Translations under genes and position numbers: made by a program
Part shown: in pieces, positions 1 through 9,347 of the stretch
Position numbering within the stretch: position 1 is the stretch's first letter
Layout of the letters: every line of letters begins with the position of its first letter
From: Mycoplasma sp. P36-A1
GTDB taxonomy: Bacteria; Bacillota_I; Bacilli_A; JAJDGJ01
DNA length: 32,000 nucleotides
Direction: 5' to 3'
Assembly: GCF_049478495.1 (NCBI RefSeq)
Contig: NZ_CP168083.1
Coordinates: forward strand, 892,450 to 924,449
The notes under the pieces: model-generated
Databases searched by the model: none
What the model was told of the DNA's origin: nothing
The model's input: only the letters and a program-made list of their open reading frames with translations

Positions 1-36
1 ATCCTCTTTTTTTAAATAAAAGTAATAGTTAATAAC

Positions 37-65
37 TTGTAAATAATTTGTGTTCATGATAATAT
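37..65 (+). promoter_or_regulatory. Putative sigma-A type promoter for the first operon
   Basis: TTGTAA (37-42), 17-nt spacer, TG-n-TAATAT extended -10 (57-65), about 35 nt upstream of the 102 start codon. Confidence 0.4.
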
Positions 66-101
66 TATTTTAATTATTGAAAATAAAAGGGGGATTTATA
101 T

Positions 102-1130
102 ATGTACAGTTTTGAAAGTGATTATAGTGAGGGAGCTCATCCAAATATACTTAAAGCAATGGTTCAAGCTAATTTAGATCAAACTTCAGGTTATGGTTTT
201 GATTCATATACAGAGAAAGCTACAGAAATTTTAAAAGATAAATTACAAAATAATAATGTAGACATTCATTTTTTTGTAGGGGGAACAATTACTAATTTAA
301 CTGCTTTATCATCTTTTCTAAGACCTCATGAAGCAATTATATGTACTGATGAAGGGCATATAGCAACTCATGAAGCTGGTGCAATAGAAGCAACTGGTCA
401 TAAAGTAATAGCAATAGAAAATACAAATGGAAAATTAGATCCAATTAAAGCAGAAAAAGAGATTTTAAAGCATGAAGATTTCCATATGGTTAAACCAAAA
501 TGTCTATATATTTCTAATGCTACAGAGTTAGGAACTACTTACACTAAAGCTGAACTATTAGAATTAAGATCTTTAGCAGACAAGTATAACATGATATTAT
601 ACATGGATGGTGCAAGATTAGCTAATGCTTTAGTAGCAGAAAATAATGATGTAACACTAGAAGATCTTTGTAATATTTTTGATATGTTTTATATAGGAGC
701 AACCAAAAATGGTGCTCTATTTGGAGAAGCATTAGTAATAGTTAATGATAAATTAAAGCCAGAATTTAAATATATTTGTAAACAAAAAGGTACTATTTAT
801 GTTAAAAATAAATTTCTTGCGATTCAGTTTATTGAATTGTTTACAAATGATTTATATTTCAAGTTAGCCTTACATGCTAATACATTAGCTAGAAAACTTG
901 AAAAATCATTTGTAGAGAATGGATTTGAAATATTTATTGAAACAAATGCAAATCAATTGTTTGTAATTATTGAAAATGAAGTTTTAGAAGAGTTTGAAAG
1001 AGAGTTCTCAAGCGTTATCTGGGGACCATATAATGAAAATAAGTCACTAGTAAGATATACAACTTCTTGGGCAACTAAAGAAGGTAAAGTGGAGGAATTT
1101 ATTAAATTAATAGAACAATATAAAAGGTAG
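102..1130 (+). CDS. ltaE: Threonine aldolase family PLP-dependent enzyme (beta-eliminating lyase fold)
   Basis: 342-aa ORF with SD AAGGGGGA upstream. Has N-terminal SDYSEGAHP, GGTxTNL, DGARL and GATKNG (PLP-lysine context), typical of low-specificity L-threonine aldolases of Firmicutes. Confidence 0.8.
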   Translation: MYSFESDYSEGAHPNILKAMVQANLDQTSGYGFDSYTEKATEILKDKLQNNNVDIHFFVGGTITNLTALSSFLRPHEAIICTDEGHIATHEAGAIEATGHKVIAIENTNGKLDPIKAEKEILKHEDFHMVKPKCLYISNATELGTTYTKAELLELRSLADKYNMILYMDGARLANALVAENNDVTLEDLCNIFDMFYIGATKNGALFGEALVIVNDKLKPEFKYICKQKGTIYVKNKFLAIQFIELFTNDLYFKLALHANTLARKLEKSFVENGFEIFIETNANQLFVIIENEVLEEFEREFSSVIWGPYNENKSLVRYTTSWATKEGKVEEFIKLIEQYKR

Positions 1131-1139
1131 GTGTTAATA

Positions 1140-2027
1140 ATGGCAAAAGAAAAAAAGGAGTTAAGAGTTGGAATTGTTCAAGCTACTCCATATTTATTTG
1201 ATGTCAATAAAACGGTAGATAAAGCCATAAAACTAATAAGTAAAGCTTCAAAAAATAATGTTGAACTATTAGTTTTTCCACAATCTTTTATACCTTGTTA
1301 TCCATATGCAATAAATATAGGTTCAGAATTTGGACTTTCAACTAATTATGGGCAAGATAACAAGCTAAAATTTTACAAAAATAGTATTTCTTTAGGCGAT
1401 GCTAATATGAGTAAATTATTAAACAAATGCAAAGAAAATAATATAAACATTTCAATAGGAATTAGTGAATATGATTATGAGAATAATCAGTTATATAATA
1501 CTAATCTTTTAATTGATAAAAAAGGTGAAATAATTTTAAATAGTAAAAACAATAATTTAGTTGGTTTAGAGTCAATATTGTGGCAAGAAAGTAAAGAGCA
1601 ACAACAATACACTGCAAAGCTAGATCAATGTAATGTGGGTATATTAAATAATTTTGAAAATTATAATCCATTAGCAAGAAGTTATATGTATTTAAATAAT
1701 ATAGAAATCTATTGTGCACCAAACAGTAATGATTCTTTAGAGTGGCAAGAAGCAATTCAATTCATAGCTAAAGAAAGTAAATCTTTTGTTCTTAGTGCTT
1801 GTCAATATTCATATATTGAAGATAAAGAAGATAAATTAACTTTATCATCAATATCAAATAAAAAAATATTACGAGGTGGAAGTGCCATAATTGATCCAAA
1901 AGGAAACTACATTATTGGTCCAATTTATGATAAAGAAGCGCTTCTTATTGCAAATATAAGTCTTGAAGAAGTTATTGAAGCTAGATTAGATATAAATCCA
2001 AAAGACATGATAAATAAAGTTATATAG
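1140..2027 (+). CDS. Nitrilase/CN-hydrolase superfamily protein, apparently catalytically inactive (Glu to Gln and Cys to Asn at conserved positions)
   Basis: Collinear with branch-1 nitrilases (VELLVFPQSFIPCYPY, LYNTNLLID, GILNNFENYNPLAR). Canonical FPE is FPQ and canonical CWE is NFE. ATG at 1140 with AGGTAGGTG SD is preferred over the GTG at 1131 given by the track. Confidence 0.75.
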   Translation: MAKEKKELRVGIVQATPYLFDVNKTVDKAIKLISKASKNNVELLVFPQSFIPCYPYAINIGSEFGLSTNYGQDNKLKFYKNSISLGDANMSKLLNKCKENNINISIGISEYDYENNQLYNTNLLIDKKGEIILNSKNNNLVGLESILWQESKEQQQYTAKLDQCNVGILNNFENYNPLARSYMYLNNIEIYCAPNSNDSLEWQEAIQFIAKESKSFVLSACQYSYIEDKEDKLTLSSISNKKILRGGSAIIDPKGNYIIGPIYDKEALLIANISLEEVIEARLDINPKDMINKVI

Positions 2028-2028
2028 T

Positions 2029-2067
2029 AAAATGCCATCTACATAGTAGATGGCATTTTCTTCTTTT
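2029..2067 (+). terminator. Rho-independent terminator
   Basis: 12-bp perfect stem AATGCCATCTAC / GTAGATGGCATT with a 3-nt loop, followed by a T-rich tract, directly after the stop codon at 2025-2027. Confidence 0.85.
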
Positions 2068-2369
2068 AGAACTATTGTCCTTATGGGGTTCGAGAGTTCT
2101 TTTACTCCCACAATTAATATAACATTTGAATTATTTTATTACAATTAATAATCTATACAAATAAAGAAAAAAGTACTAATTTATAAAAAGTAAACAAAAT
2201 TAAGTAAAAATTACTTAAATTAATGATAGTATTGAATTTATTAAAAGTATAACTAATAAATATAATAAAGACAATTGATTAAAATATAAAACATAAATTA
2301 TAAAATAACCAACATAAAAAACTTATATACAAAAATACACAAGTAAACAAATAGATTTGTGTTTGAACA

Positions 2370-2378
2370 TGTTATAAT
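2370..2378 (+). promoter_or_regulatory. Extended -10 promoter element upstream of mutM
   Basis: TGtTATAAT at 2370-2378, about 20 nt upstream of the GAGGTGA SD and the ATG at 2399. Confidence 0.5.
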
Positions 2379-2398
2379 ATATATTGAGGTGATAAAGC

Positions 2399-3214
2399 AT
2401 GCCAGAGCTTCCGGAAGTAGAAACTGTAGTGCAAACTTTGAAGAAATTAATACTAGATAGAACAATAATTAAGGTAGAAGTATTATGGGAAAACATTATT
2501 GATAAAATTGAAGTTATTGATTTTAAAGAAAAAGTTAAAAATCAAAAGATTAAAGATATTCATCGTCAAGGTAAAATTATAATATTTGAACTTGATGATT
2601 ATTTTATGTTGTCCCATTTAAGAATGGAAGGCAAATATTATTATTCAAAACAACCTAAGATTGATAAACATTCACATGTCATATTTTACTTAGATAATGA
2701 TATGTATTTAATATATAATGATGTTAGAAAATTTGGAAAAATATCATTAGTAAAAAAAGAATTATTAATGACACATCCATATTTATTAAAACTTGCTAAA
2801 GAGCCCTTTAATATGTCAAAAGAAGAGCTATTTAATTCTTTATCAAAAAGTAATAAAGCAATAAAGACCGTTTTACTAGATCAAAATATTTTAGCAGGTT
2901 TAGGCAATATATATGTAGATGAAGTATTGTTTTTATCTAAAATACATCCAGAAACGCCAGCAAAATCAATTACATTAAAGCAATCACAAGATATTATAAA
3001 CAATTCTATTATTACTTTAAATAAAGCTATTTCACTTGGTGGAACTACGATTAGATCATATACATCAAGTTTAGGTGTTACTGGAAAGTTTCAAAATGAA
3101 TTAAATGTTCATACAAAAAAAGATGAACCGTGTATTAATTGCGGTAGTAAAATTATTAAGATAAAAGTCAATGGAAGAGGTAGCTATTTATGTCCAAACT
3201 GTCAAAAAAAATAA
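2399..3214 (+). CDS. mutM: Formamidopyrimidine-DNA glycosylase (Fpg/MutM)
   Basis: N-terminal MPELPEVETV catalytic signature, H2TH region and C-terminal CxxC...CxxC zinc finger (CINCGSKI...CPNCQKK). Confidence 0.96.
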   Translation: MPELPEVETVVQTLKKLILDRTIIKVEVLWENIIDKIEVIDFKEKVKNQKIKDIHRQGKIIIFELDDYFMLSHLRMEGKYYYSKQPKIDKHSHVIFYLDNDMYLIYNDVRKFGKISLVKKELLMTHPYLLKLAKEPFNMSKEELFNSLSKSNKAIKTVLLDQNILAGLGNIYVDEVLFLSKIHPETPAKSITLKQSQDIINNSIITLNKAISLGGTTIRSYTSSLGVTGKFQNELNVHTKKDEPCINCGSKIIKIKVNGRGSYLCPNCQKK

Positions 3215-3804
3215 TTATAGGACTTACAGGTAATATAGCAAGCGGTAAAAGTAGCGCTTCTTCATATCTTAAAATAAAAGGATATCAAATAATTGATACT
3301 GATCTAATTACCCAACAACTATATGATTATAATGCGGTTTTTAAAAAAGAAATAGTTAAAATATTTACTGAAAATATTATTGTAGATAATAAAATAGACA
3401 AAAATAAAATATCACAGATTGTATTTGATGATAAAGAAAAATTAAAACAGTTAGAAGAAGTAGCTCATAATATGATATTTGATAAATCAATGGAATTAGT
3501 AAGAGAATCTAAAAACAAATTAATAATATTTGATGTTCCATTACTATTTGAATCAAATTTCAATAAAATATGTGATAAGGTTATTTTTATTTATATTGAT
3601 GAAGAAATACAACTAAAAAGACTATTACTAAGAAATAACTATGATTTAAATTATGCTAAAAAAAGAATATATGCATTACAACCGCAAGAAATTAAAGTAA
3701 AGAAAGCTGATTTTATAATTGATAATAGTACAAATTTAGAAAATTTATATAGACAATTAGACTCAGTAATGAAAAATATAAAAGAGGAATATAAAATATG
3801 TTAA
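3190..3804 (+). CDS. coaE: Dephospho-CoA kinase
   Basis: P-loop [14 protein letters not shown] near the N-terminus, about 200 aa, conserved position after mutM. ATG at 3190 overlaps the mutM 3' end by 25 nt and follows GAAGAGG. Confidence 0.93.
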   Translation: MSKLSKKIIIGLTGNIASGKSSASSYLKIKGYQIIDTDLITQQLYDYNAVFKKEIVKIFTENIIVDNKIDKNKISQIVFDDKEKLKQLEEVAHNMIFDKSMELVRESKNKLIIFDVPLLFESNFNKICDKVIFIYIDEEIQLKRLLLRNNYDLNYAKKRIYALQPQEIKVKKADFIIDNSTNLENLYRQLDSVMKNIKEEYKIC

Positions 3805-4673
3805 AAATAGGAAGTCATGTAGGAATGAGTGCACCAGATTATTTAGAACAAGCTGTAAAAGATGCTGTATCATATAATGCTAATACCTTTATGTTTTATA
3901 CAGGTGCACCACAAAATACTAGAAGAAAACCAATAAGTGATCTTCATATTGAAGAAGCTAAAATACTTATGGAAAAAAATAATATAGACATTAACGATAT
4001 TGTTGTTCATTCACCATATATAATTAACCTAGCTAATACAATAAAACCAGAGACATTTGAGTTAGCTGTAAGTTTTCTTATCCAAGAAATTGATAGGGTA
4101 GAACAAATTGGTGCTAAATATTTAGTACTTCATCCTGGTAGTCATGTAAAAGCTGGTGAACAAGTTGGTTTAGACCAAATAGTAAAAGGTTTAAATGAAT
4201 CATTAAAACATGATCAAAAAGTAGAAATATGTCTAGAAACAATGGCAGGTAAGGGCAGTGAATTAGGAATAAGTTTTGAGCAAATAAAATATTTGATAGA
4301 TAATGTCGATAATAATCATTTATTAAAGGTATGCTTAGATACTTGTCACTTACATGATGCTGGATATGATTTAAATGATTTTGATAGAATATTAAAAGAA
4401 TTTGATGAAATAATTGGTCTTGATAAATTAAAAGTTATTCATGTTAACGATTCAAAAAATATAAAAGGTGCAAAAAAAGATAGACATGCTAATTTAGGAT
4501 ATGGAGAAATAGGCTTTGAAACTCTTTGCAAAATAGTAAATCATCCAAAGTTAAATGATGTAATAAAAATCTTAGAGACTCCTTGGCATGAAGGTAAACC
4601 ATACTATAAAAAAGAAATAGAAATGCTTAGATCTAAAAAATATGATGCAGGATACTTAGAAAATGAAATATAG
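3798..4673 (+). CDS. nfo: Endonuclease IV (deoxyribonuclease IV, AP endonuclease family 2)
   Basis: MLKIGSHV start, [25 protein letters not shown] and IHVNDSK metal-binding motifs. Confidence 0.95.
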   Translation: MLKIGSHVGMSAPDYLEQAVKDAVSYNANTFMFYTGAPQNTRRKPISDLHIEEAKILMEKNNIDINDIVVHSPYIINLANTIKPETFELAVSFLIQEIDRVEQIGAKYLVLHPGSHVKAGEQVGLDQIVKGLNESLKHDQKVEICLETMAGKGSELGISFEQIKYLIDNVDNNHLLKVCLDTCHLHDAGYDLNDFDRILKEFDEIIGLDKLKVIHVNDSKNIKGAKKDRHANLGYGEIGFETLCKIVNHPKLNDVIKILETPWHEGKPYYKKEIEMLRSKKYDAGYLENEI

Positions 4674-6261
4674 AATATTAGATACTTCAATGAGTGATAT
4701 TATTGAACAAAATACTTGCCTTCCAAAACTTGCATCCATAGTTTTAGCATCAAAAAATAAGACGTTGATAAAAGACTATTTAAATTATAAGTATAAAAAA
4801 CCAGAGTTTGAAATGATGGATGATGCTGTTGAAATAATAAGAGTTCATATGAATAATAAAAATAAGATAATGATTATGGGAGATTATGATTGTGATGGTA
4901 TACTAGCAACTACAATCTTAGCTAAAACATTTGATTTATTAGACTATGAAAACTATAAATTTTATATTCCTAATAGAATTAAAGATGGTTATGGAATTAA
5001 TCCTAAAATAGTTGATAGCTTCATAAAAGAAGATGTAGATCTAATAATTACTGTAGACAATGGTATAAATGCTACAAGTGCAATAGAACATTGTATAGAA
5101 AACAATATTGCAATTATAATAACCGATCATCATACATTAGATTCATCATACATTAATAATGTTACATATATACATCCTTCATTATCTAATTTAGATTATG
5201 AAATTAGTGGTGGAATGGTAGCTTATTTTCTTGCAAGTGCTTTATTAAATAGAGAAGATGATTATTTACAAGCCTTAGCTTCTATAACAACTATATCAGA
5301 TGTAATGCCTTTAATTAAAGGTAATCGAAAATTTGTAAGAATGGGTTTAGCAAGTATTAATAAGTACAATTATTTGCCAATAAAATTATTGAGTAATAAT
5401 TTTGTTGATAGTTCTGCAATAGGTTCAAATATTGCTCCTAAAATAAATGCTTTAGGAAGATTACCTGAGTTGTATGATCCAAATTTATTAGTACATTATT
5501 TTAAATCAAATAAGAAAGAAGTTCAAAAAAACTTTGCAAATGAAATAGAAAATGTAAATAAAAAAAGAAAAGAAATCAGTAATGAATTTTATAATAAGCA
5601 TAAAGATTCAAAAATTAATAATAACTTCTTATTTATTGAAGATAAAGAAATGCATGAGGGTCTAATTGGATTAATCGCTTCACGCTTTTCTAATGAATTT
5701 AATTGTGTATGCTTAGTTAGTACAACTAATAATAGCGAACATAAGGCTAGTCTAAGAAGCATTGAAGGTATAAATGTCTATGATATAGTTAAAAAAAATG
5801 AAAAGTTATTTAAAAAATATGGTGGACATTCACAAGCAATGGGAATGAGTTTTGAAGAAAATGAGGTAGAGAATATTCAAAATATGTTTGTTGATAATCT
5901 TTCAACATTAGATGTGAAAGAAAAAATATATGATGTTATCAATGTAGATTTAAAACTACTAAATGTTGAAAATATTAAGAACTTAAGATATTTAGAACCA
6001 TTTGGAAATGGGTTTGATATGCCACTATTTATCTTAAAGGATGCTATAGTAACTAAGGTTACAAAACTATCAAAAGGAGTACATCATAAAGTATCTTTAC
6101 TATTTAAAGATTATTCAGCAGATGTAATGTTTTTCTTTTCGCAAAACATTGATTTGAAAATAAATGATAATATAAATTTAATTGTAAAAGTAGGTATAAA
6201 TAATTTTAGAAATAATGAAAGTGTTAGTATGATTGTCGAATCATATGAATATCTAACATAA
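4663..6261 (+). CDS. recJ: Single-stranded-DNA-specific exonuclease RecJ (short form)
   Basis: DHH family motifs GDYDCDG, TVDNG, ITDHH and the DHHA1 motif GGHSQAMG. Conserved recJ-apt-rel neighbourhood. Confidence 0.9.
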   Translation: MKYRILDTSMSDIIEQNTCLPKLASIVLASKNKTLIKDYLNYKYKKPEFEMMDDAVEIIRVHMNNKNKIMIMGDYDCDGILATTILAKTFDLLDYENYKFYIPNRIKDGYGINPKIVDSFIKEDVDLIITVDNGINATSAIEHCIENNIAIIITDHHTLDSSYINNVTYIHPSLSNLDYEISGGMVAYFLASALLNREDDYLQALASITTISDVMPLIKGNRKFVRMGLASINKYNYLPIKLLSNNFVDSSAIGSNIAPKINALGRLPELYDPNLLVHYFKSNKKEVQKNFANEIENVNKKRKEISNEFYNKHKDSKINNNFLFIEDKEMHEGLIGLIASRFSNEFNCVCLVSTTNNSEHKASLRSIEGINVYDIVKKNEKLFKKYGGHSQAMGMSFEENEVENIQNMFVDNLSTLDVKEKIYDVINVDLKLLNVENIKNLRYLEPFGNGFDMPLFILKDAIVTKVTKLSKGVHHKVSLLFKDYSADVMFFFSQNIDLKINDNINLIVKVGINNFRNNESVSMIVESYEYLT

Positions 6262-6275
6262 GTTAACTACATATA

Positions 6276-6304
6276 TTGTAAAGGCATTACAATTATAATA
6301 TAAT
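6276..6304 (+). promoter_or_regulatory. Putative sigma-A promoter upstream of apt
   Basis: TTGTAA (6276-6281), 17-nt spacer, TATAAT (6299-6304), about 30 nt before the apt start. Confidence 0.4.
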
Positions 6305-6335
6305 AAACTAGTTAAAAAGAAAGTAGAGGGTTTTT

Positions 6336-6848
6336 ATGGACTTAAAAAAATATATAGCAAGAGTAGATGACTTTCCTAAAGAAGGAATTGTATTTAGAGA
6401 TATAACTCCATTGATGGCAGATGGTGATGCCTTTAAGTATGCTACAGATCAGTTTACTGAATATGTTAAAAGCATTGATGCTGACATTATAGTTGGACCA
6501 GAAGCAAGAGGATTTATATTTGGGTGTCCTGTTGCAACAAATCTAAAAAAAGGATTTATACCTGTTAGAAAACCTGGTAAATTACCTAGAGAAACAGTAT
6601 GTTCAGAATATGATTTAGAATATGGAAGTAATACATTATGCATGCATGCAGATTCAATACACAAAGGACAAAAAATAGTTATTGTTGACGATCTTTTGGC
6701 CACTGGTGGAACTGTAAAAGCAACAATTGATTTAATAGAAAGAATGGGTGGAGAGGTAGTAGGATGTGCCTTCTTAATAGAATTAGTAGAATTAGAAGGG
6801 CGTAAATTACTAGATGGATATAATGTCATCTCACTAATGGAATATTAA
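6336..6848 (+). CDS. apt: Adenine phosphoribosyltransferase
   Basis: 170 aa with [13 protein letters not shown] and the PRPP-binding motif [12 protein letters not shown]. Confidence 0.96.
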   Translation: MDLKKYIARVDDFPKEGIVFRDITPLMADGDAFKYATDQFTEYVKSIDADIIVGPEARGFIFGCPVATNLKKGFIPVRKPGKLPRETVCSEYDLEYGSNTLCMHADSIHKGQKIVIVDDLLATGGTVKATIDLIERMGGEVVGCAFLIELVELEGRKLLDGYNVISLMEY

Positions 6849-6849
6849 T

Positions 6850-9045
6850 ATGGATAATCAGTCTATCAAAAGTGATGTCGTTATTCCTTTTGATACTTTA
6901 TTAAAATATACTACACCTTACATTCATAGTACAGAATATATAGATTTAATCCGCAAAGCTTATGATTTTGCGGTTTTAAAGCATGCAACACAAATTAGAA
7001 AAAGTGGTGAACCTTACGTTAATCATGTAATAAATGTCGCTATTATACTTGCTAAACTACAAGTAGCACCTAATGTTATAATATCTGGTTTATTACATGA
7101 TGTTGTTGAAGATCAAGATGTAACTGTAAAAGAATTAGAACAAATGTTTAATGCTGAAGTAGCAACAATTGTTGAAGCAGTCACTAAACTTGGTAATCTA
7201 CCAACATTTAACGAAGCTGAATACCAAGCTGAAAATCATCGTAAAATTTTTATTGCAATGTCTAAAGATATTAGAGTAATATTAGTTAAACTTGCAGATA
7301 GATTACATAATATGCTAACTCTACAATATATGCCATCTCATAAACAAAAAAGAATTGCTCAAGAAACTTTAGATGTTTATGCACCTATAGCCCATAGACT
7401 AGGTTTAGGAGAAATAAAAGCTACTTTAGAAGATAAATGTTTATATTACTTAGATCAAAAAAAATACTTTGAATTAGTAGAGCTAGTGAATATGAAAAAA
7501 AGAGAAAGAGACGAATTAGTCGAAGATATGATAAAAGCCGTTGACTCTTTACTAGTTTCTAATAATATCATAGTAGATATATCAGGAAGATCAAAACACT
7601 TATATTCTATTTACAAAAAAATGGTTTATAAGCATAAAAAATTTGATGAGATTTATGACTTACAGGCAATAAGAATAATCTGTAAAGATGTTATGACATG
7701 TTATGGAGTTTTAGGATTAATTCATAACATGTATCGACCAATACCAGGTAGATTTAAAGATTACATAGCAATGAAAAAGCCCAATATGTATCAATCACTC
7801 CACACAACAATAATTGGTGTAGGAGGAGTTATTTTTGAGCTACAAATAAGAACAAAAGAAATGGATGAAATTGCTGAAAGAGGATTTGCTGCCCATTGGC
7901 GTTACAAAGAAGGTAGTGAAAAAATTTCTCAACAAGCATTAGAAGAACAATTACATTGGTTTAGAGATTTTGTATCCTTAAGTGATGATGCTGATGATGT
8001 ACAAGCTCAAGAATATATGCATAATTTACAAAGAGATATTTTTGAAGCTAATGTATATGCATTAACGCCAAAAGGAAAAGTAATATCATTACCTAATGAA
8101 TCATCAGTAATTGATTTTGCCTATAGAATTCACTCTAAAGTAGCTGAAAACATGACTGGAGCACTTGTAAATGGAAACTTTGTTCCATTTAACACAAAGC
8201 TAAAAACAGGTGATGTCATCGAAATACAAACACAAAAAAATGCGCCAGGTCCATCCGAAGGTTGGCTAGATATAGTAAAAACAGGGAATGCTCGTCAAAA
8301 AATAAAACAATACTTAAAAGCAAAAGATGAAGCAGAAAGAAAAGAATATATTGATAAAGGCCGCTCGATGCTAAATAAAGCAGCAAAAGTTCGTAAATTA
8401 GATGAGCATAAGCTAGAACAAAAAGAAGGTATTGAAAGAGCACTTAAGTTTTACAAAGTATCAGGCTTTGAAGAAGTATTGTTTAAGTTAGGTCATGGTA
8501 AAGCAGACGTAGATGAAGTTATCGACTCAATATATAACATTAAACCTATATTTTCAATTCCCAAACTTTTAAAAAAGAAAGTTACCAATATACAATCTGT
8601 AGATAAAGGTGTAATAGTAGATGGCATAGATCAAATTGCTGTAGAACTTGCTAACTGTTGTAGTCCAATACCAGGAGATGAAATTATTGGATATGTATCA
8701 AGTGGTAGTGCTATAAAAGTTCACAGAATTGATTGTCCAAATGTAAAACACTTAAATCAAAATGCTTTATTGCCAGTTTATTGGGATCCTCTAGCATTGA
8801 AAGGAAAATATTATTTTGTTGATGTTGTTATAAAAGCACTTGATCGTAGTTATCTTTTAAGTGACATAGTTACAACACTATCCCAAAACAATATTCAAGT
8901 ACAATCAATTGATAATAAATTAGGGGATATAGATGTAGATATAAACCTAACTATTAGAGTTTCAAATGGAGAACAATTAAAAAGAGTAATGGAGAATTTC
9001 AAAAAAATAGATAGTGTTTCTGCAGTTATTAGAGTAACAAAATAA
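6850..9045 (+). CDS. relA: Bifunctional (p)ppGpp synthetase/hydrolase Rel (RelA/SpoT homologue)
   Basis: 731 aa. HD hydrolase motif (LLHDVVED), synthetase region (RFKDYIAMKKPNMYQSLHTT), and TGS and ACT-like C-terminal regions. Confidence 0.96.
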   Translation: MDNQSIKSDVVIPFDTLLKYTTPYIHSTEYIDLIRKAYDFAVLKHATQIRKSGEPYVNHVINVAIILAKLQVAPNVIISGLLHDVVEDQDVTVKELEQMFNAEVATIVEAVTKLGNLPTFNEAEYQAENHRKIFIAMSKDIRVILVKLADRLHNMLTLQYMPSHKQKRIAQETLDVYAPIAHRLGLGEIKATLEDKCLYYLDQKKYFELVELVNMKKRERDELVEDMIKAVDSLLVSNNIIVDISGRSKHLYSIYKKMVYKHKKFDEIYDLQAIRIICKDVMTCYGVLGLIHNMYRPIPGRFKDYIAMKKPNMYQSLHTTIIGVGGVIFELQIRTKEMDEIAERGFAAHWRYKEGSEKISQQALEEQLHWFRDFVSLSDDADDVQAQEYMHNLQRDIFEANVYALTPKGKVISLPNESSVIDFAYRIHSKVAENMTGALVNGNFVPFNTKLKTGDVIEIQTQKNAPGPSEGWLDIVKTGNARQKIKQYLKAKDEAERKEYIDKGRSMLNKAAKVRKLDEHKLEQKEGIERALKFYKVSGFEEVLFKLGHGKADVDEVIDSIYNIKPIFSIPKLLKKKVTNIQSVDKGVIVDGIDQIAVELANCCSPIPGDEIIGYVSSGSAIKVHRIDCPNVKHLNQNALLPVYWDPLALKGKYYFVDVVIKALDRSYLLSDIVTTLSQNNIQVQSIDNKLGDIDVDINLTIRVSNGEQLKRVMENFKKIDSVSAVIRVTK

Positions 9046-9088
9046 AATAATAAATTTTATAGTGATACTTTAAAATTAGATTTATGAC

Positions 9089-9113
9089 AAAGCGATTAAT
9101 TTCGCTTTTTTTA
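9089..9113 (+). terminator. Rho-independent terminator after rel
   Basis: Stem AAAGCGA / TCGCTTT with a 6-nt loop, followed by a T-run. Confidence 0.7.
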
Positions 9114-9252
9114 TTTGAGCTAGAATATCATTAACAGAATAAGAAAAAGCAAGAATAGCTAAAAAAAAACTCTAAAATTGCTCTAAGAACAATAACAGAA
9201 CAAAAAAATGAATAAAAAGCATATAAAATACATCTAGATAGGTATCATTAAA

Positions 9253-9281
9253 TTGACAAGTAGTGGTATTTTTCTTATAAT
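9253..9281 (+). promoter_or_regulatory. Consensus sigma-A promoter for hisS-aspS
   Basis: Perfect TTGACA (9253-9258), 17-nt spacer, perfect TATAAT (9276-9281). Confidence 0.75.
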
Positions 9282-9347
9282 AAAAGGTAGTTAAATGACA
9301 TAAAATCAATAAAAAAAGACTTGATTTTTAATGAAAGGGTGAGATGA

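Noticed and set aside
2085-2112. GGGGTTCGAGAG segment resembling a tRNA T-loop, considered as a tRNA gene or tRNA 3' fragment
   Set aside because: No complementary T-stem, acceptor stem or anticodon arm can be drawn, so it cannot be called a tRNA. It is kept only as part of the spacer observation.
9303-9329. Hairpin AAATCAA/TTGATTT plus T5 in the hisS leader, considered as a transcription attenuator
   Set aside because: The stem is 7 bp with a single G-C pair and an 11-nt loop, so it is too weak to call as a feature. It is mentioned only within the hisS leader finding.
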